A stretch of DNA of 64,000 nucleotides from positions 4,352,001-4,416,000 of the forward strand of contig OZ219747.1 of NCBI GenBank assembly GCA_964291265.2. Direction: 5' to 3'. The stretch comes from Alphaproteobacteria bacterium (GTDB lineage Bacteria; Pseudomonadota; Alphaproteobacteria; SP197). Position numbers and translations under genes: made by a program. A model generated the notes under the pieces. The model was given only the letters and a program-made list of their open reading frames with translations, ran no database searches and was not told the DNA's origin. This document shows, piece after piece, positions 59,288 to 64,000 of the stretch (position 1 is its first letter; each line of letters starts with the position of its first letter).

Positions 59288-59589
59288 ACCGAAAACGGCC
59301 TGAAGAACCTCACGATTTCAATGGTCTACGACAGTGTCAAGCGTGACAGATGTACCATTCGTGTGCTCCACCTGACAAGGGCCGGTGACCTTGCCGGGAC
59401 AGAACTGTCGTCAAGCCGCGTTTGCAATCGAAGCACCGGGTTCGCCTCGTGAGCAAGGACCGGCGAAGTGTGCCATAGTGACTGCATTGAAGCAGTCTGA
59501 TTTTCCGCCGACGGACATTCGTCGATTCTCCGACGAGCCTCGAATGGGCCCGTGTTGCTGAAGCGCGACGCATACTGGGATTACTTGAC

Positions 59590-60549
59590 ATGACAGAACC
59601 ACATTCCAGGGAACCGCGAGATGTTGCGATGATCAGCGAGGCCGCCAGGGCGCTTGCAGATCAGGCCGCGGCGGCGCCTGGTCGCGACATGAGCAGGCCT
59701 GTGTCGGAAATCCGCGAGTCGGCACGTGCGGCCTGCGCATCTCGTTGCAATGCTGCGGTCAAGGCAACCGGCGTGGCCTTGTCCGAACGTGTGATATCGG
59801 GTGTCACGTGCATGGTGATTGACCCGCCCGGGCCGCATTCAAGCCGCCAGATCGTGTATCTGTTCGGCGGTGGATTCACGCTCGGCAGCCCGTTTGAGGA
59901 TTTGCCGATCTCGGCAAGCTTGTCTGCGAAAACGGGAGCACGGGTGATCGCGCCCGAGTATCCCCTGGCCCCGGAACATCCGTACCCGGCCGCCCTTGAC
60001 GCCTGCGCCCGCGTCATCGCATCGATCCTCGCCGATGCGCCCGGTACCTGCCTTTGCGGCGAATCCGCCGGTGGCAACCTGGCCCTCGCGGCTGTTCATC
60101 GGCTACGGGCGGAAAATAACCCTCAACCCCGGGCGCTGGCCCTTCTTTCTCCGGCGGTGGACATGGTTGACTCCGGGGATAGCGGCCTTGCCAACCGGGA
60201 TCCCTTTGCACGGGCCTCTGATGCCGGGTTTTTTCGATCCTGTTTCATTCCTGACGACGTTGACCTGGCTGACCCGGGACTCTCGCCGATCTACGGGCCC
60301 TTCGATGCGGCCTTTCCGCCCGTCATGCTTACCACGGGCACGCGCGATATCATGTTGAGCGGATGTGTGCGCCTGGATCGCGTGCTGCGGGAGTCCGGTG
60401 TCAAGTCCACCTTGCGGGTATGGGAAGGAATGTGGCACGTGTTCGAATACTACCCAGGCATTCCAGAAGCCGAAGCGTCCCTGACCGAGATCGCCGAATT
60501 CCTCAATCAACAGTTCGATGAGAACTCCCGCGACCCGTTGTTCTGCTGA
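59590..60549 (+). CDS. HSL-family esterase (Abhydrolase_3)
   Basis: FGGGF oxyanion motif, YPLAPEHPYPAA, GESAGG, GMWHVF. Confidence 0.92.
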   Translation: MTEPHSREPRDVAMISEAARALADQAAAAPGRDMSRPVSEIRESARAACASRCNAAVKATGVALSERVISGVTCMVIDPPGPHSSRQIVYLFGGGFTLGSPFEDLPISASLSAKTGARVIAPEYPLAPEHPYPAALDACARVIASILADAPGTCLCGESAGGNLALAAVHRLRAENNPQPRALALLSPAVDMVDSGDSGLANRDPFARASDAGFFRSCFIPDDVDLADPGLSPIYGPFDAAFPPVMLTTGTRDIMLSGCVRLDRVLRESGVKSTLRVWEGMWHVFEYYPGIPEAEASLTEIAEFLNQQFDENSRDPLFC

Positions 60550-60668
60550 CCTTTCCCCCAACCAGGGGCGTATCGCCGCATCCTTCATGCCGCATTGGCG
60601 GCTCGGCGCACGATTCAGGACATCGCGATCGATGGGTGTTCCCGGGTGCCGCCAGGATGCGGGGAAGA

Positions 60669-60745
60669 TGGTGGGCCCGGCAGGACTCGAACCTGCAACC
60701 AGACCGTTATGAGCGGCCGGCTCTGACCAATTGAGCTACAGGCCC
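60669..60745 (-). tRNA. tRNA with CAT anticodon, Ile2 (lysidine) type
   Basis: GGGCCTGTAGCTCAATTGGTCAGAGCCGGCCG-CTCATAA-CGGTCTGGTTGCAGGTTCGAGTCCTGCCGGGCCCACCA; acceptor stem and position after rpoD fit Ile2. Confidence 0.93.
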
Positions 60746-60746
60746 C

Positions 60747-62654
60747 TCAGTCCGTTCTGGCGTAGCTCCTGAGCTTGCGGCTGCGGCTTGGATGCTTGAG
60801 CTTCCTCAGGGCCTTGGCCTCGATCTGCCGTATGCGCTCGCGGGTCACGGAGAACTGCTTGCCGACTTCCTCGAGGGTATGGTCGGTTTCCATGCCGATA
60901 CCGAAGCGCATGCGCAACACCCGCTCCTCGCGCGGGGTCAGGGTCGAGAGAACCTCCGCACAGGAAACGCGCAGGCTGGCGGCGATGGCCGCATCGATCG
61001 GCAGGACGGCATTCTTGTCCTCGATGAAATCACCGATGTGACTGTCCTCGTCGTCGCCGACCGGATTCTCCAGGCTGATGGGTTCACGGGCGATCTTCAT
61101 CACCTTGCGCACCTTTTCCAGGGGCATGCCAAGCTTCTCCGCCAACTCCTCGGGAGAAGGCTCCCGGCCGACTTCATGCAACATCTGCCGACTCGTCCGG
61201 GTGAGCTTGTTGATCGTCTCGATCATGTGGACCGGGATGCGGATCGTCCTCGCCTGGTCGGCGATCGATCGCGTGATGGCCTGACGAATCCACCAGGTGG
61301 CATAGGTCGAGAACTTGTAGCCCCGCCGGTACTCGAACTTGTCGACCGCCTTCATCAGACCAATGTTGCCTTCCTGGATCAGGTCGAGGAACTGGAGGCC
61401 GCGATTGGTGTACTTCTTGGCAATCGAAATGACCAGGCGCAGGTTGGCTTCCACCATCTCCTTCTTGGCCTGGCTTGCCTCCTTCTCTCCCTTCTGGACG
61501 ACCTGCACGATGCGCTTGAACTCGCTGATGTCGAGCCCCGAATCGACGGCCACCTCGGCGATCTGCTGTCGGGCTTCGTCGATGATCCGCGCGTCGGCAC
61601 TGGCAAACTTTCGCCACCTGGGATCATCGAGCGCGGCCATGCGATCCGGCCAGGAAAAATCAAGCTCGCGGCCCACATACTCCTCGAGAAACTCCTCACG
61701 CTTGATACCACGCCGCCGGGCAGCGCGGACAAGCGCGCTCTCCTGCCTGGTGAGCTTGCGGATGGTCCCCTGATGCATGTCGACGAGGGTATCGACGCAA
61801 TTGTTGTGGAGCTTGATCGTGCGCACGACCCTGGCAACCTCGTCGCGCAGCTTCGTGTACCGCCCTTTCACGGAAGGAGAAGGTTCCCGTCCGCTGAACC
61901 GCGCATCCAGATACTTCTCCTGGGCGATTTCGAGGCGCTGATAAAGCTTGGCAACCTTGTCGAACGTCGCCGTGACCTCCGGCAAGACGGCCTGTTCCAT
62001 CGCCGCCAGAGTCATGGTGTTGCCGTCATCGTCGTCATCGGAATCGCTGTCGGACTGCCCGGATCCATTGGTCGGCGAGCCTGTCTTGTCGGCTGCCTCC
62101 ACGAGGCTGGCATAGGTGGCATCGAGATCGATGATCTCGCGCAGCAGACTGCTTCTCTCGGCCAGATCGTCACGCCAGTCGACGATTTGCCCCAGTGTCA
62201 TCGGGCTTTCGAAGATGCCGCGGATCATGCGCCCGCGACCGGCCTCGATGCGCTTGGAGATGGCGATTTCCCCTTCCCGGGAGAGTAGGTCGACCCGGCC
62301 CATTTCACGCAGGTACATGCGCACCGGGTCGTCCGTGTAACCAAATTCCGCCGTTGTCGATGCCTGGGCAGGAGCCTTGTTCTGAACAACCACCTTCGCC
62401 TTGTCCTCGACCGATTCTTCGGATTCCTCGCTCTCGACGACAATGATGCCCATCTGCGAGAGCTTGGTCATCGAATCCTCGATCTGCTCGGACGAGAGTT
62501 CCTCGGAAGGAAGCGTCTCGTTGATCTCGTCAACGGTCACGTAGCCTCGTTCCTTGCTGCGCATCAGCATTTTCTTGATGGCGACGTTCACGGTGTCGAG
62601 GAGAGGATCCTCGACACTGTCACCGGATTCGACTTCGGCCGTATAGGTCACCAT
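60747..62654 (-). CDS. rpoD: RNA polymerase sigma factor RpoD
   Basis: [57 protein letters not shown]; ATG at 62654 with RBS gggagag. Confidence 0.98.
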   Translation of the reverse strand: MVTYTAEVESGDSVEDPLLDTVNVAIKKMLMRSKERGYVTVDEINETLPSEELSSEQIEDSMTKLSQMGIIVVESEESEESVEDKAKVVVQNKAPAQASTTAEFGYTDDPVRMYLREMGRVDLLSREGEIAISKRIEAGRGRMIRGIFESPMTLGQIVDWRDDLAERSSLLREIIDLDATYASLVEAADKTGSPTNGSGQSDSDSDDDDDGNTMTLAAMEQAVLPEVTATFDKVAKLYQRLEIAQEKYLDARFSGREPSPSVKGRYTKLRDEVARVVRTIKLHNNCVDTLVDMHQGTIRKLTRQESALVRAARRRGIKREEFLEEYVGRELDFSWPDRMAALDDPRWRKFASADARIIDEARQQIAEVAVDSGLDISEFKRIVQVVQKGEKEASQAKKEMVEANLRLVISIAKKYTNRGLQFLDLIQEGNIGLMKAVDKFEYRRGYKFSTYATWWIRQAITRSIADQARTIRIPVHMIETINKLTRTSRQMLHEVGREPSPEELAEKLGMPLEKVRKVMKIAREPISLENPVGDDEDSHIGDFIEDKNAVLPIDAAIAASLRVSCAEVLSTLTPREERVLRMRFGIGMETDHTLEEVGKQFSVTRERIRQIEAKALRKLKHPSRSRKLRSYARTD

Positions 62655-62748
62655 GTCTGAACTCTCCCTAGCCGCCAACCTGACGCGAGCCGGTATACCA
62701 CGAATCGGCACCGTACCGGATGACGCCGATGCACAACCCATCATGGAC

Positions 62749-64000
62749 TCATCCGGATTCCTGCACGCCGCCATCGCCGAGCATCCGACCCTGCCAACCC
62801 TCTCTTTCCTCGATCTTGGCCACCAGGCGCTGCCAAGCCTGTGCCGTGGGGTCGTTCTCCCAAGCATCGGCCTCGGCTCGAATCTCCTGACCCAGGACAT
62901 TGCGGCACCGGTGAAGATCGTGGACGTGGTGCCACAGGTCTTCCGCGTCGCCAACCGTCTCCATGACAAGGCAGGAGAAGCCTCCCGCCCGGACCACATC
63001 CTTCATGAGGTCATCAAGACCTGCCGCTGTCAGGTGGTCCGATATCGTCCTGTTGTCAAGGTCTCCTTCTGCCTCCGAGACTTCGATAAGGCACTGTTGC
63101 AACCGTTCGTGGCGCGAATCGAGAAAGGTCACTTGGGAGAGGGGCTCGGCGATCCTGCCAAGAAGTCCCGGATAGAGGAAGGGGATGGCGATGAGCGCCC
63201 GTTCGGCGAGGTGGGCGTCACCCGCCGGACCGCCGCCCGGAACGCTGCCTGGCACCGGGTCCACACCGCGGTGGTAGGTCCACGATTCCCTCCTGCGGCG
63301 ATCGAGTCGGCGGTGTTCTCCAGGTCGCAGGCGGTCACCCCTGTAGCGTGGCGGGCCGAAAGCGGCCTTCAGCCGCTGACTGATCTCGCTGCGGTAGTAG
63401 TGGCCAACGGCCCGGTCGGCGATGGTTCCGACCAGGGTCATCAGTTCCCTTTCCAGTCCGGCGCGGCGTTCGGGAGTCTCCAACGCCCGTCCCCGGGTGC
63501 GGCTCTGCCAGAGCATGTCCATGAGCGGAATCGCCCGGTCGACCATGTCCTGCATGGTCGCGGCTCCACGGACCCTGACGATGTCGTCGGGATCCATGCC
63601 GTCGGCCAGCAGCACGAAGCGCAGGGACTTGCCCGCTTTCAAAACGGACAACGCCCTCTCCATGGCGCGGCAGGCAGCGGAGTATCCCGCCGTGTCGCCG
63701 TCGAAACACAGCACGGGTTCATCCGCCAGCTTCCACAGCAGGGCGAGGTGGCCCTCGGTCAGCGCGGTGCCGAGGGGGGCAACGACGTGCCGAATGCCCG
63801 CCTGGACGAGGGCAATGGCATCCATGTAACCCTCGACGACAACCACTGTCCCGGCATCGTGCGCCGGCTTGCGCGCTTCGCTGAAGCCATACAGGAGGTG
63901 GCCCTTGTGGAAGACAGGCGTCTCGGGAGAATTGAGGTACTTGGCCCTCTGCTTGCCCATCGCCCGGCCGCCGAATCCGGCGACGCGGCCATTGCGATCG
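62749..64000 (-). CDS. dnaG: DNA primase (5' part outside the window)
   Basis: [32 protein letters not shown] (TOPRIM), DPDD. Confidence 0.97.
   Translation of the reverse strand, partial: DRNGRVAGFGGRAMGKQRAKYLNSPETPVFHKGHLLYGFSEARKPAHDAGTVVVVEGYMDAIALVQAGIRHVVAPLGTALTEGHLALLWKLADEPVLCFDGDTAGYSAACRAMERALSVLKAGKSLRFVLLADGMDPDDIVRVRGAATMQDMVDRAIPLMDMLWQSRTRGRALETPERRAGLERELMTLVGTIADRAVGHYYRSEISQRLKAAFGPPRYRGDRLRPGEHRRLDRRRRESWTYHRGVDPVPGSVPGGGPAGDAHLAERALIAIPFLYPGLLGRIAEPLSQVTFLDSRHERLQQCLIEVSEAEGDLDNRTISDHLTAAGLDDLMKDVVRAGGFSCLVMETVGDAEDLWHHVHDLHRCRNVLGQEIRAEADAWENDPTAQAWQRLVAKIEEREGWQGRMLGDGGVQESG

Noticed and set aside
60669-60745. tRNA-Met assignment
   Set aside because: It lacks initiator features (C1:A72 mismatch, three G-C pairs in the anticodon stem). 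The acceptor stem and position after rpoD fit Ile2 better, although elongator Met is not formally excluded.
1-64000. CRISPR array or cas genes
   Set aside because: No repeat-spacer periodicity or cas motifs were seen. The only short repeats are the 10-bp triple at 18486 and the 15-bp operator-like array.

Overview
GC-rich alphaproteobacterial (Rhodospirillales-like) chromosome segment. The housekeeping backbone runs zapA, tkt-gap-pgk, efp-suhB, a motA/motB-like pair, rpmE, greA, gcrA, tRNA-Gly, apaG-folE-trkH-argE, argD-argF-hslO, mlaA-mlaC, tRNA-Ile2, rpoD and dnaG. It is interrupted by an ~18 kb accessory/defence island (about 5.45-23.5 kb). The island holds (i) an SNF2-helicase/DUF3883 + DUF1156 methylase + DUF499 ATPase restriction-like (BREX-related) module bracketed by two inverted, decayed ISAs1-family elements, (ii) an AlbA_2/Schlafen-domain gene, and (iii) an uncharacterised tandem ATPase pair (STAND-like ATPase, then ATPase-wHTH-TPR) whose promoter is covered by a 15-bp-period palindrome array. 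Other oddities are a compact, divergent tsaE-tsaB-tsaC-tsaD operon next to a degenerate copy of the tRNA-Ile2 3' end, an orphan PDR/VanB reductase paired with a His-motif protein of unknown function, a radical SAM gene coupled to oxalate-CoA-ligase-like and panE2-like genes, and several relics (integrase, IS1634, PD-(D/E)XK, reductive dehalogenase). No CRISPR array or rRNA was seen. All family calls come from motif recognition by eye, not database searches.
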